From Mayamaea pseudoterrestris (taxonomy: Eukaryota): a DNA stretch of 64,000 bases. Of this stretch, positions 25,567-38,199 are shown piece after piece. The DNA is taken from assembly GCA_027923505.1 (NCBI GenBank), contig BROI01000007.1, forward strand, positions 1 to 64,000, written 5' to 3'. Positions within the stretch are counted from its first letter, which is position 1, and each line of letters opens with the position of its first letter. The translations under genes were made by a program, and so were the position numbers. Under the pieces are notes generated by a model that did not search any database, had not been told where the DNA came from, and worked only from the letters and a program-made list of their open reading frames with translations.

Positions 25567-28500
25567 TGCTACAAACTCCGAGCCGTACGTCGCCGTCTCG
25601 ACCCAGTAAACTGGCGTTTGGCCCATCGACGACTGTTCCATTCTTTGTGTAGCATGCCCATCGCTGCCCGTCCGCCGTCCTGTAATCGGTGGATAGGTTC
25701 TGGCCTTCTTAGAACGTTGTTCAAGACCGGCTTGCCGCGCCGTGGGCATGTTCCACGGAAGCTCTTCTTGCAGATCTTCGCCGTACACACTGTAATCCCA
25801 ATCCATCTTGTCAACTGTCGCGTATCGGGCCGTCGTCCGTTATCCAAACGTTGAATCGAATCCCCTCCCATCTGGTCGCGTTTGTAGTATCCTGCAAATA
25901 ATAGCTTCAACCGTTCCGAGTGCCCCGCTCGTTGGCGCAGCTCGAATCTCCCATAGTCATGACAGCGCAGTGAATGTCGATCGACATAAACTTACTGCCC
26001 ATTAACGCCTTTTCCAATGATCGATTGTGCCATAGAATTCCGTCGTCGTCAAGTTCTTTCGTTTCGTCGAAGTTCGGATGATCGCCCCGTCGCGTAGTGG
26101 ACTTGTCTGGCGGTCGTGGTTCTTTGGCGAACATTTTCCTTGTAGTTCGCTAGTAGCCTTGTGACGTACTTCTTCGCTCCGAAGCATAACGCGTCTGTCG
26201 TCGAACGTCTGCGCCCAAATACTATGCCTGGGCGGTCACGCCCTTCAACTTGTAGTTGTGTGGTCTCAATTAAAGATCCGTTAGTTCCTTGATTCTTCAT
26301 CGCTATCGCTTAATCGTCGCCTACACACAAACGTATTCGTAGTGCGTGCCCTTATAACGCGCATCCACCGTCCGGTTCTGCGATGACGGCGTGAAGCCAA
26401 TGTCGCTGGAGCGGTGTCTGCAAAAGTGTTGCAGAAGGCGTGCGCCTGACGTGCGAAGACCGTTAGTGCCTTCACGATCGTGAGCGTGTGACCCTCGAGC
26501 TCCCGAAAAACTCGGACCTGCCACAATATAAACCTTCTCTTTTCGTTTTCGCTTCCAAGTATGCGTTTGCCGACGTCAGCTGCCCACAGTTCCAGACCGT
26601 TGAGTTCCGCTACATCGCTACCATTCGTAGACTTCGTCAATGTACACAACGCCCGAGTAAACTGAATCCTTCGCCGGCTGTCATATGTCCTCCTGCGACG
26701 AGTCGTGCCTTCCGTCGCAAATCGTGCTTGACATCGAATATCATGTGCACGTTTATTCGTTTCCACGGCGCCGGCATAACCTTACCGACTCCTTGATCTG
26801 CGAACGTATCGTAATCATTTATCTGATTTAATTCCGTTCGAATCGCATCCGTCCACAGCGTGTTACCGTTGATCTCGTCGAGAGCTTTCGCATCTTTATA
26901 ATTGCGCGGCAACCTTACGCCGAATTTGTAGCGTACGCCGTTTGCTTTCGATTTTCGTTTCGCTGCTGTCACCATCTGTCGAAACTTCTTTCGCTTCCGA
27001 GTGTAATGTTCCAGCTGCTTCCATCCTGGCTTGTCGAGTAAGCCGTGCTTGAGTCCATACTCTGCGATCGTTATCGGATCGTCCTTTTTCATGATCGCGA
27101 GAGGCTCCCACGTCGTCGTTCCGTCGGTCCATTCGACGAGAACGTTACTTGAACTTCCCTTGTATGTCGGATCGTTCGGTTTCAAATTAAGCTCGTGTCC
27201 GATTACCTTCGTGAATACCCACTGAGTCGCCGGATCGTTTCGTATATCTTCGTCCATCTGTCGTTCGATTAAATCCGACAGTTCGTTGTAACTTATTAAG
27301 TCTTTCGCTGGCTCCTCTCCCATCTGGATCAGGAAACCTTTCGTCGTTTCGAGTAGCTCGTTATCGCGTACTTCGATATATTCGCATACAGTCGCTCGCA
27401 TTTTCTGACCGTTTTCGTGTTCCCTTACGAACGTGCGTCCGATGAGTTCGCTTGGAGAGAACAGAGGGCATTTATTCCCTGATTCTTGCTCAGCCCTTCT
27501 GAAGAACTTCGCTGGTACGTTGGCGTGGTTCGCCATCGGAATGTTTCGTCGTCGTTTCCTTCGTATTTGTCGTGACTACTTTCTGTCGCATCGTGCTGTG
27601 GTAACGTCCTGTCGCGAGATCTGGGGTTTCAAAATTTCGCTCGCTTGCGCGTGTAGCTTCTTCAGAAATCTCCCCTCCAGACTCAGGGAAGGAAGGCAAC
27701 TCTCGTGGTAACAAGTAGCTGCGCGAGACCACGTTGGAGCGCGGAATCGCCTGAAGCGTGTCGTCCGTCAGAACGAGAAAAGTCATGTGCGGACCGCTAT
27801 TCTCTGCGATGCCCACGAATCGGCCGTTGCCAGATCGTACCGCCGAGGGAAAGCTCCCCTGCGCCTCAAACGTGACCGGTTCCCACCACTTGAAATGTAA
27901 CAAAGGCGAAATATCCGGCAGATTTCCGAACGCAACTTCCGTTGGCGTGCGCCATCCCAGCGATTTCGTCGCGAGGACGTTCAGTATCATGATTACGAAT
28001 TTAATCAGCAAAACCCAGCAATGGCCTGGCGAACCCGAATCTCGTTGGAGGTTCTCCATCATTGGCTTAATGTGCGACGTGTGACGTTCGCATGGATTTT
28101 GTTCTGGATGACCCGGTTCTGTGGTCACTTGAGGAATATTGTACATCCGACAGAGATCCCTCACAGCCTTGCCAGTCTCCGACTTGGCATTGTCGCTGAG
28201 CAGTCCGTTAGGAGCGCCCACTTCGCGGATAAAATCCTCTAACGCGTTTGACATTTCGCTCTCCGACTTCATCGGGTAGCCGCGCGTGTAAAAACTTTCT
28301 CGTCCAACAAAGAGCTGCATCTTAGTAGCTCCCCCATGCCCTAGAATTCCATCATCCAAAGCTGGCGTGTCAGAGTGTATCGTGTCCGTGGCGAATAGTT
28401 CGCGCAACCGCTGAACGTTCGCGGCCGGAAATCGTGATTTCGTGAGGTGTCGAAATGGTAATCGCGGATGTTCGCTGAGATGATACCATGCTTCCGTGTG

Positions 28501-31500
28501 ACGTAAAGTCTGTTGAACGCGCTCAGTCGGGACCCATCCGAGGTACGGCCGAAGAGCATTATAGTCCGGTTCCTTGCTTCTTAGCTTCCGCAAATTAACG
28601 CGTGAAAACTGAGCGTGTCGCACGCACCGATTGATCAGTACGTCAAGTTCGTCGCCAGTGCGTGTCGGCGTGTGACGATTGCGGTGCGTGATACCGTCAT
28701 CATCGAATCGTTCGTCGAAAGATCCATAATCATGATCTCGTTCGTCGAAATCGTCGTGCGCGTGCTCGACATCGTAAACAGTCGGGTCCGCACGGCACGT
28801 CCGACGTCATGATGACAGTCGGATACTTATCCAAATCATCGAACGTGGGTTTCGTCACGTCCAAGTACACCAGGCCATCGCGAATTGCCAATGGCAAAAC
28901 GTAGCCTCCAATGTTCGTCGTAATTCGTTGCGTTCCGCCAAACATGGTCGGAATATCGTCGACGCGATGTCCCATTGCGCGCAATTGATTCGGGCAATGA
29001 ATCGTCGGTCCGTCTCGCTTTAAAGCATACTGGTGACACAGAAGCAGAATGGTTTCGCCACTAAGGGTCTTTGCCAGTCCAGCTGCAGTGCCAATCTTGA
29101 GAGCTGGGACAATATGATCGTCAATACCAGTCACATCCACCTCGGCGTTCGTTTCCGAAACGACGAGCATGTCTCCTCCGCATAAGCCTCCGTTCGCGCC
29201 GCTGTCGATGAGCGCGCCTTCGTTGATCCGCTCGTAGTGTGCGCGATTGACGCGCATACGACGATGCATGTTGAAGCTGAATGTACCTCGTCCGGTGTTA
29301 TCAGTCGTCAACGATCCTGTCACTTGCTGAGTTGTAGTACTCGCATTGTTCGCTTGCAGAACCGATCGTGCAGCCGTTTGGACTGACATTCCACTATTGC
29401 CGGGCTGAATATTAATCGTGCCAGGAACGCTTGCGTGATCGTTCGCTACAGATTCCGTCGCGTGACGCTCTTGATGCGCCGCGTTGACTTGCGTCTGCGT
29501 CGTAGCCGTGCCTCGTTGGTTGCGCGGTCGCCATCCGTTTTCGGGTGTCTTGGGCGCCGTCGCACGCTTGTCCTTCAACTGCTTTCGCTGATCGAACTTC
29601 ATCTCCAACCAGACTTCATCCTTCACGCTCGCGTGAGGTTTCTTCATGATCGCTGCAAATCGTTCCGCCGATAAGCCGCTTGGAGTCGCGCCGCCATTGC
29701 CGCCGCCGCCTCCTTTCGTTCCACTAGACTGCGCTTGATTGATTGTGCGCTTAGTCTTCGTCGTCGATGGGTGTTTCTTGTCATACTTGATGCAGCACTC
29801 TTCTAAGTGCGCGTACAACTGCGCGAAATTGTCTTCCGAGTCGTGTTGCCCCATGTGTTTCTTGATGGCAATCATTCCGTCAAAACCTGCTAGTGATGCG
29901 CTGAATCCTGTGTGCTCGGAGAAAGCGTCGCGTAGCATGTCGTATCGTTGTAAACCTGTCAGAGCTTCTGCGTCCATTTCGAGCAGCCAGATGACTTTCT
30001 TGTAGAACAGTGCAAGAAATTCGATCGTCGGCCGTGACCACTTCTCGGTCAGCCGCATTCCCTGCAGTTCCGTTCGCGCGCGTTCCTTCTCGATGTGAGC
30101 AGTAGCGCCTTCTTCGTATCGCGTTCGCAATCGTTGGTAGACTTTGCGTCCGTCCATCGTCTTCTTGAACTGTTGTACTGCGAGTGATGCAGACGGAGTT
30201 CGACAGTGCGTGAGAAAGATCCTGTATACAAACACATTCTTCTTTGCATACGCCTTCTGTTCTTTTGGTCCCTTTTCCTTCGGGTCATAATCGTCGTCAA
30301 AGACTTCGTGGAAGTCATGCAATGTAGCGATGACTTTCAACTCGGAAATCCACTGTTTCCACGAGGAATCCAGCTTCATTTCTTTACAATCCTTCGCCGA
30401 GAACTTGATAGACTTCGTAAATTGGTCTGAATACTTCTCGTCGTCTTCGTCGTCGCCGAGGTCCAGTACGGATGTTGGTGACTGCTTCGTGTCCACGTCC
30501 ACACTCGTCGGTGGCACCTTGTCGGCCGAGTCAGGCTTCGACTCGTCGCCTTCGTTCGTTAGCGTGGAGTCCTTGGATTCGTCCTTCTTGGATTCCGTTT
30601 CGCTTTCCTTCGCTGGAGGTTTCGCTCCGCTTCCGCTGCCCACGCTCGCAATGTTGCGCGCTTGGACTCGTTCCTTCGCTCGTGCTGTGACGAACGTCGC
30701 CAGCGTTTCGGTGGTCAGTTGCGACCATGTCTTGATGTCCGGCGACTCTTGCGCCAAATACCATTCGATCGCGTTCGTGATCGTGCGTTGTTTCATCTTC
30801 GTTAGCGAGTGTTCGCTCGTTTCCTGCGTGACATTGTCGCCATCGTCAGTCGTCGTCGTTGTCGTCGTCGTGACGTTCCACTTCGTCGCGAAATCGTCGT
30901 ACTCCATCTCAATCAGTTGCGTAAGCGATTCTACTCCGAGTTCGTCAAATAACTCCTTGAACTGAGGATCTTGGAAAACGCCTACGTTCTCTTCGTAAAC
31001 ATGCGCAAACGCCGCGTCTTTCTGCGCGCGAGTTTCCGCCATCGTTGTCGTCGTGACAATGTTCTTGCTATCACCTGCGGAACTTTCCGGGCCAAGAACC
31101 AACGTGCGTCCACGTTACTTCGTAAATCAATAGTACTCTTCGTCGATAAAGTCTCTATGCCGAGGCAATGAGTCTCAAGACAGTGTTAATCTTGTAACTT
31201 GTAAATCAAATCGTTGCACCTTTCGCTTGTAGCTGTCCTTGGATGGCCAATCCAAGCTTGCAGTTGCTACAATACGAGAGACGAATAAATCGCTTTCTTA
31301 ACTCTTCAAGCTTAGTAAGTCTGCTTGTTTCTACTCTATATCGCACTAGTTTCAGCAATATACTCGTTGAATCGCTTCGAAGCCGTCGCTGCCACGCATC
31401 ACGCGATCGTGAGGCTGTGGTGAGCCGCGAGTGCCGCTGTGTCACCCTATCGGACATTCGGTGTGACTTGCCCGATTTTCGCTGTTTTCGTTCGCATCCT

Positions 31501-31503
31501 GCA
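25567..31503 (-). mobile_element. Copia F1 copy 1a (5' LTR 31193-31503; gag-pol frameshifted, 3'-truncated within RNase H)
   Basis: ORFs 28730-31102, 27490-28623 and 26637-27536 match the intact polyprotein at 38200-43992; indels accumulate in RT/RH. Confidence 0.95.
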
Positions 31504-31504
31504 A

Positions 31505-34500
31505 TGCTACAAACTCCGAGCCGTACGTCGCCGTCTCGACCCAGTAAACTGGCGTTTGGCCCATCGACGACTGTTCCATTCTTTGTGTAGCATGCCCATC
31601 GCTGCCCGTCCGCCGTCCTGTAATCGGTGGATAGGTTCTGGCCTTCTTAGAACGTTGTTCAAGACCGGCTTGCCGCGCCGTGGGCATGTTCCACGGAAGC
31701 TCTTCTTGCAGATCTTCGCCGTACACACTGTAATCCCAATCCATCTTGTCAACTGTCGCGTATCGGGCCGTCGTCCGTTATCCAAACGTTGAATCGAATC
31801 CCCTCCCATCTGGTCGCGTTTGTAGTATCCTGCAAATAATAGCTTCAACCGTTCCGAGTGCCCCGCTCGTTGGCGCAGCTCGAATCTCCCATAGTCATGA
31901 CAGCGCAGTGAATGTCGATCGACATAAACTTACTGCCCATTAACGCCTTTTCCAATGATCGATTGTGCCATAGAATTCCGTCGTCGTCAAGTTCTTTCGT
32001 TTCGTCGAAGTTCGGATGATCGCCCCGTCGCGTAGTGGACTTGTCTGGCGGTCGTGGTTCTTTGGCGAACATTTTCCTTGTAGTTCGCTAGTAGCCTTGT
32101 GACGTACTTCTTCGCTCCGAAGCATAACGCGTCTGTCGTCGAACGTCTGCGCCCAAATACTATGCCTGGGCGGTCACGCCCTTCAACTTGTAGTTGTGTG
32201 GTCTCAATTAAAGATCCGTTAGTTCCTTGATTCTTCATCGCTATCGCTTAATCGTCGCCTACACACAAACGTATTCGTAGTGCGTGCCCTTATAACGCGC
32301 ATCCACCGTCCGGTTCTGCGATGACGGCGTGAAGCCAATGTCGCTGGAGCGGTGTCTGCAAAAGTGTTGCAGAAGGCGTGCGCCTGACGTGCGAAGACCG
32401 TTAGTGCCTTCACGATCGTGAGCGTGTGACCCTCGAGCTCCCGAAAAACTCGGACCTGCCACAATATAAACCTTCTCTTTTCGTTTTCGCTTCCAAGTAT
32501 GCGTTTGCCGACGTCAGCTGCCCACAGTTCCAGACCGTTGAGTTCCGCTACATCGCTACCATTCGTAGACTTCGTCAATGTACACAACGCCCGAGTAAAC
32601 TGAATCCTTCGCCGGCTGTCATATGTCCTCCTGCGACGAGTCGTGCCTTCCGTCGCAAATCGTGCTTGACATCGAATATCATGTGCACGTTTATTCGTTT
32701 CCACGGCGCCGGCATAACCTTACCGACTCCTTGATCTGCGAACGTATCGTAATCATTTATCTGATTTAATTCCGTTCGAATCGCATCCGTCCACAGCGTG
32801 TTACCGTTGATCTCGTCGAGAGCTTTCGCATCTTTATAATTGCGCGGCAACCTTACGCCGAATTTGTAGCGTACGCCGTTTGCTTTCGATTTTCGTTTCG
32901 CTGCTGTCACCATCTGTCGAAACTTCTTTCGCTTCCGAGTGTAATGTTCCAGCTGCTTCCATCCTGGCTTGTCGAGTAAGCCGTGCTTGAGTCCATACTC
33001 TGCGATCGTTATCGGATCGTCCTTTTTCATGATCGCGAGAGGCTCCCACGTCGTCGTTCCGTCGGTCCATTCGACGAGAACGTTACTTGAACTTCCCTTG
33101 TATGTCGGATCGTTCGGTTTCAAATTAAGCTCGTGTCCGATTACCTTCGTGAATACCCACTGAGTCGCCGGATCGTTTCGTATATCTTCGTCCATCTGTC
33201 GTTCGATTAAATCCGACAGTTCGTTGTAACTTATTAAGTCTTTCGCTGGCTCCTCTCCCATCTGGATCAGGAAACCTTTCGTCGTTTCGAGTAGCTCGTT
33301 ATCGCGTACTTCGATATATTCGCATACAGTCGCTCGCATTTTCTGACCGTTTTCGTGTTCCCTTACGAACGTGCGTCCGATGAGTTCGCTTGGAGAGAAC
33401 AGAGGGCATTTATTCCCTGATTCTTGCTCAGCCCTTCTGAAGAACTTCGCTGGTACGTTGGCGTGGTTCGCCATCGGAATGTTTCGTCGTCGTTTCCTTC
33501 GTATTTGTCGTGACTACTTTCTGTCGCATCGTGCTGTGGTAACGTCCTGTCGCGAGATCTGGGGTTTCAAAATTTCGCTCGCTTGCGCGTGTAGCTTCTT
33601 CAGAAATCTCCCCTCCAGACTCAGGGAAGGAAGGCAACTCTCGTGGTAACAAGTAGCTGCGCGAGACCACGTTGGAGCGCGGAATCGCCTGAAGCGTGTC
33701 GTCCGTCAGAACGAGAAAAGTCATGTGCGGACCGCTATTCTCTGCGATGCCCACGAATCGGCCGTTGCCAGATCGTACCGCCGAGGGAAAGCTCCCCTGC
33801 GCCTCAAACGTGACCGGTTCCCACCACTTGAAATGTAACAAAGGCGAAATATCCGGCAGATTTCCGAACGCAACTTCCGTTGGCGTGCGCCATCCCAGCG
33901 ATTTCGTCGCGAGGACGTTCAGTATCATGATTACGAATTTAATCAGCAAAACCCAGCAATGGCCTGGCGAACCCGAATCTCGTTGGAGGTTCTCCATCAT
34001 TGGCTTAATGTGCGACGTGTGACGTTCGCATGGATTTTGTTCTGGATGACCCGGTTCTGTGGTCACTTGAGGAATATTGTACATCCGACAGAGATCCCTC
34101 ACAGCCTTGCCAGTCTCCGACTTGGCATTGTCGCTGAGCAGTCCGTTAGGAGCGCCCACTTCGCGGATAAAATCCTCTAACGCGTTTGACATTTCGCTCT
34201 CCGACTTCATCGGGTAGCCGCGCGTGTAAAAACTTTCTCGTCCAACAAAGAGCTGCATCTTAGTAGCTCCCCCATGCCCTAGAATTCCATCATCCAAAGC
34301 TGGCGTGTCAGAGTGTATCGTGTCCGTGGCGAATAGTTCGCGCAACCGCTGAACGTTCGCGGCCGGAAATCGTGATTTCGTGAGGTGTCGAAATGGTAAT
34401 CGCGGATGTTCGCTGAGATGATACCATGCTTCCGTGTGACGTAAAGTCTGTTGAACGCGCTCAGTCGGGACCCATCCGAGGTACGGCCGAAGAGCATTAT

Positions 34501-37441
34501 AGTCCGGTTCCTTGCTTCTTAGCTTCCGCAAATTAACGCGTGAAAACTGAGCGTGTCGCACGCACCGATTGATCAGTACGTCAAGTTCGTCGCCAGTGCG
34601 TGTCGGCGTGTGACGATTGCGGTGCGTGATACCGTCATCATCGAATCGTTCGTCGAAAGATCCATAATCATGATCTCGTTCGTCGAAATCGTCGTGCGCG
34701 TGCTCGACATCGTAAACAGTCGGGTCCGCACGGCACGTCCGACGTCATGATGACAGTCGGATACTTATCCAAATCATCGAACGTGGGTTTCGTCACGTCC
34801 AAGTACACCAGGCCATCGCGAATTGCCAATGGCAAAACGTAGCCTCCAATGTTCGTCGTAATTCGTTGCGTTCCGCCAAACATGGTCGGAATATCGTCGA
34901 CGCGATGTCCCATTGCGCGCAATTGATTCGGGCAATGAATCGTCGGTCCGTCTCGCTTTAAAGCATACTGGTGACACAGAAGCAGAATGGTTTCGCCACT
35001 AAGGGTCTTTGCCAGTCCAGCTGCAGTGCCAATCTTGAGAGCTGGGACAATATGATCGTCAATACCAGTCACATCCACCTCGGCGTTCGTTTCCGAAACG
35101 ACGAGCATGTCTCCTCCGCATAAGCCTCCGTTCGCGCCGCTGTCGATGAGCGCGCCTTCGTTGATCCGCTCGTAGTGTGCGCGATTGACGCGCATACGAC
35201 GATGCATGTTGAAGCTGAATGTACCTCGTCCGGTGTTATCAGTCGTCAACGATCCTGTCACTTGCTGAGTTGTAGTACTCGCATTGTTCGCTTGCAGAAC
35301 CGATCGTGCAGCCGTTTGGACTGACATTCCACTATTGCCGGGCTGAATATTAATCGTGCCAGGAACGCTTGCGTGATCGTTCGCTACAGATTCCGTCGCG
35401 TGACGCTCTTGATGCGCCGCGTTGACTTGCGTCTGCGTCGTAGCCGTGCCTCGTTGGTTGCGCGGTCGCCATCCGTTTTCGGGTGTCTTGGGCGCCGTCG
35501 CACGCTTGTCCTTCAACTGCTTTCGCTGATCGAACTTCATCTCCAACCAGACTTCATCCTTCACGCTCGCGTGAGGTTTCTTCATGATCGCTGCAAATCG
35601 TTCCGCCGATAAGCCGCTTGGAGTCGCGCCGCCATTGCCGCCGCCGCCTCCTTTCGTTCCACTAGACTGCGCTTGATTGATTGTGCGCTTAGTCTTCGTC
35701 GTCGATGGGTGTTTCTTGTCATACTTGATGCAGCACTCTTCTAAGTGCGCGTACAACTGCGCGAAATTGTCTTCCGAGTCGTGTTGCCCCATGTGTTTCT
35801 TGATGGCAATCATTCCGTCAAAACCTGCTAGTGATGCGCTGAATCCTGTGTGCTCGGAGAAAGCGTCGCGTAGCATGTCGTATCGTTGTAAACCTGTCAG
35901 AGCTTCTGCGTCCATTTCGAGCAGCCAGATGACTTTCTTGTAGAACAGTGCAAGAAATTCGATCGTCGGCCGTGACCACTTCTCGGTCAGCCGCATTCCC
36001 TGCAGTTCCGTTCGCGCGCGTTCCTTCTCGATGTGAGCAGTAGCGCCTTCTTCGTATCGCGTTCGCAATCGTTGGTAGACTTTGCGTCCGTCCATCGTCT
36101 TCTTGAACTGTTGTACTGCGAGTGATGCAGACGGAGTTCGACAGTGCGTGAGAAAGATCCTGTATACAAACACATTCTTCTTTGCATACGCCTTCTGTTC
36201 TTTTGGTCCCTTTTCCTTCGGGTCATAATCGTCGTCAAAGACTTCGTGGAAGTCATGCAATGTAGCGATGACTTTCAACTCGGAAATCCACTGTTTCCAC
36301 GAGGAATCCAGCTTCATTTCTTTACAATCCTTCGCCGAGAACTTGATAGACTTCGTAAATTGGTCTGAATACTTCTCGTCGTCTTCGTCGTCGCCGAGGT
36401 CCAGTACGGATGTTGGTGACTGCTTCGTGTCCACGTCCACACTCGTCGGTGGCACCTTGTCGGCCGAGTCAGGCTTCGACTCGTCGCCTTCGTTCGTTAG
36501 CGTGGAGTCCTTGGATTCGTCCTTCTTGGATTCCGTTTCGCTTTCCTTCGCTGGAGGTTTCGCTCCGCTTCCGCTGCCCACGCTCGCAATGTTGCGCGCT
36601 TGGACTCGTTCCTTCGCTCGTGCTGTGACGAACGTCGCCAGCGTTTCGGTGGTCAGTTGCGACCATGTCTTGATGTCCGGCGACTCTTGCGCCAAATACC
36701 ATTCGATCGCGTTCGTGATCGTGCGTTGTTTCATCTTCGTTAGCGAGTGTTCGCTCGTTTCCTGCGTGACATTGTCGCCATCGTCAGTCGTCGTCGTTGT
36801 CGTCGTCGTGACGTTCCACTTCGTCGCGAAATCGTCGTACTCCATCTCAATCAGTTGCGTAAGCGATTCTACTCCGAGTTCGTCAAATAACTCCTTGAAC
36901 TGAGGATCTTGGAAAACGCCTACGTTCTCTTCGTAAACATGCGCAAACGCCGCGTCTTTCTGCGCGCGAGTTTCCGCCATCGTTGTCGTCGTGACAATGT
37001 TCTTGCTATCACCTGCGGAACTTTCCGGGCCAAGAACCAACGTGCGTCCACGTTACTTCGTAAATCAATAGTACTCTTCGTCGATAAAGTCTCTATGCCG
37101 AGGCAATGAGTCTCAAGACAGTGTTAATCTTGTAACTTGTAAATCAAATCGTTGCACCTTTCGCTTGTAGCTGTCCTTGGATGGCCAATCCAAGCTTGCA
37201 GTTGCTACAATACGAGAGACGAATAAATCGCTTTCTTAACTCTTCAAGCTTAGTAAGTCTGCTTGTTTCTACTCTATATCGCACTAGTTTCAGCAATATA
37301 CTCGTTGAATCGCTTCGAAGCCGTCGCTGCCACGCATCACGCGATCGTGAGGCTGTGGTGAGCCGCGAGTGCCGCTGTGTCACCCTATCGGACATTCGGT
37401 GTGACTTGCCCGATTTTCGCTGTTTTCGTTCGCATCCTGCA
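31505..37441 (-). mobile_element. Copia F1 copy 1b (5' LTR 37131-37441); exact 5938-bp tandem duplicate of copy 1a
   Basis: All ORFs are offset by 5938 with identical translations and identical frameshifts. Confidence 0.93.
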
Positions 37442-37738
37442 ACATGCCTTTGCGAAGCAGCTGTCCATTTTCGCCTTACTATTAAGCTCAAGAAGTGCAA
37501 GTTTATGCTGCCTCGCGTGAGCTGGATTGGGCATGATTGGATGGTAAATGGCAATGTGCCTGCTCAATCAAAGTTTGATCTCATACGCCGCTGGGCTATT
37601 CCGACCACTGCTCAAGCCCTCAATGCTTTCATTAGTTTCTGTGGCTTCTATCGCACGTTCATGCCTTATTTTGAGCCTCGAGTCATTCCACTACGGCAGC
37701 TCTGCAAGCAATACAAGCACGCGCCCATTCCCCGTGAT
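37442..37738 (+). pseudogene. Ty3/gypsy reverse transcriptase C-terminal/connection fragment
   Basis: The open frame LTIKLKKCKFMLPRVSWIGHD..GNVPAQSKFDLIRRWAIPTTAQALNAFISFCGFYRTFMPYFEPRVIPLRQL matches the gypsy pattern KC.F...V..LGH...W..P......F.G...YYR.F. Confidence 0.85.
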
Positions 37739-38050
37739 TGCAGGATGCGAACGAAAACAGCGAAAATCGGGCAAGTCACACCGAATGTCCGATAGGGTGA
37801 CACAGCGGCACTCGCGGCTCACCACAGCCTCACGATCGCGTGATGCGTGGCAGCGACGGCTTCGAAGCGATTCAACGAGTATATTGCTGAAACTAGTGCG
37901 ATATAGAGTAGAAACAAGCAGACTTACTAAGCTTGAAGAGTTAAGAAAGCGATTTATTCGTCTCTCGTATTGTAGCAACTGCAAGCTTGGATTGGCCATC
38001 CAAGGACAGCTACAAGCGAAAGGTGCAACGATTTGATTTACAAGTTACAA

Positions 38051-38066
38051 GATTAACACTGTCTTG
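38051..38066 (+). promoter_or_regulatory. Putative primer-binding site GATTAACA(CT)GTCTTG, variant with a 2-nt insertion
   Basis: Lies one base after the 5' LTR; the core matches 46316 and 54237. Confidence 0.7.
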
Positions 38067-38199
38067 AGACTCATTGCCTCGGCATAGAGACTTTATCGAC
38101 GAAGAGTACTATTGATTTACGAAGTAACGTGGACGCACGTTGGTTCTTGGCCCGGAAAGTTCCGCAGGTGATAGCAAGAACATTGTCACGACGACAACG

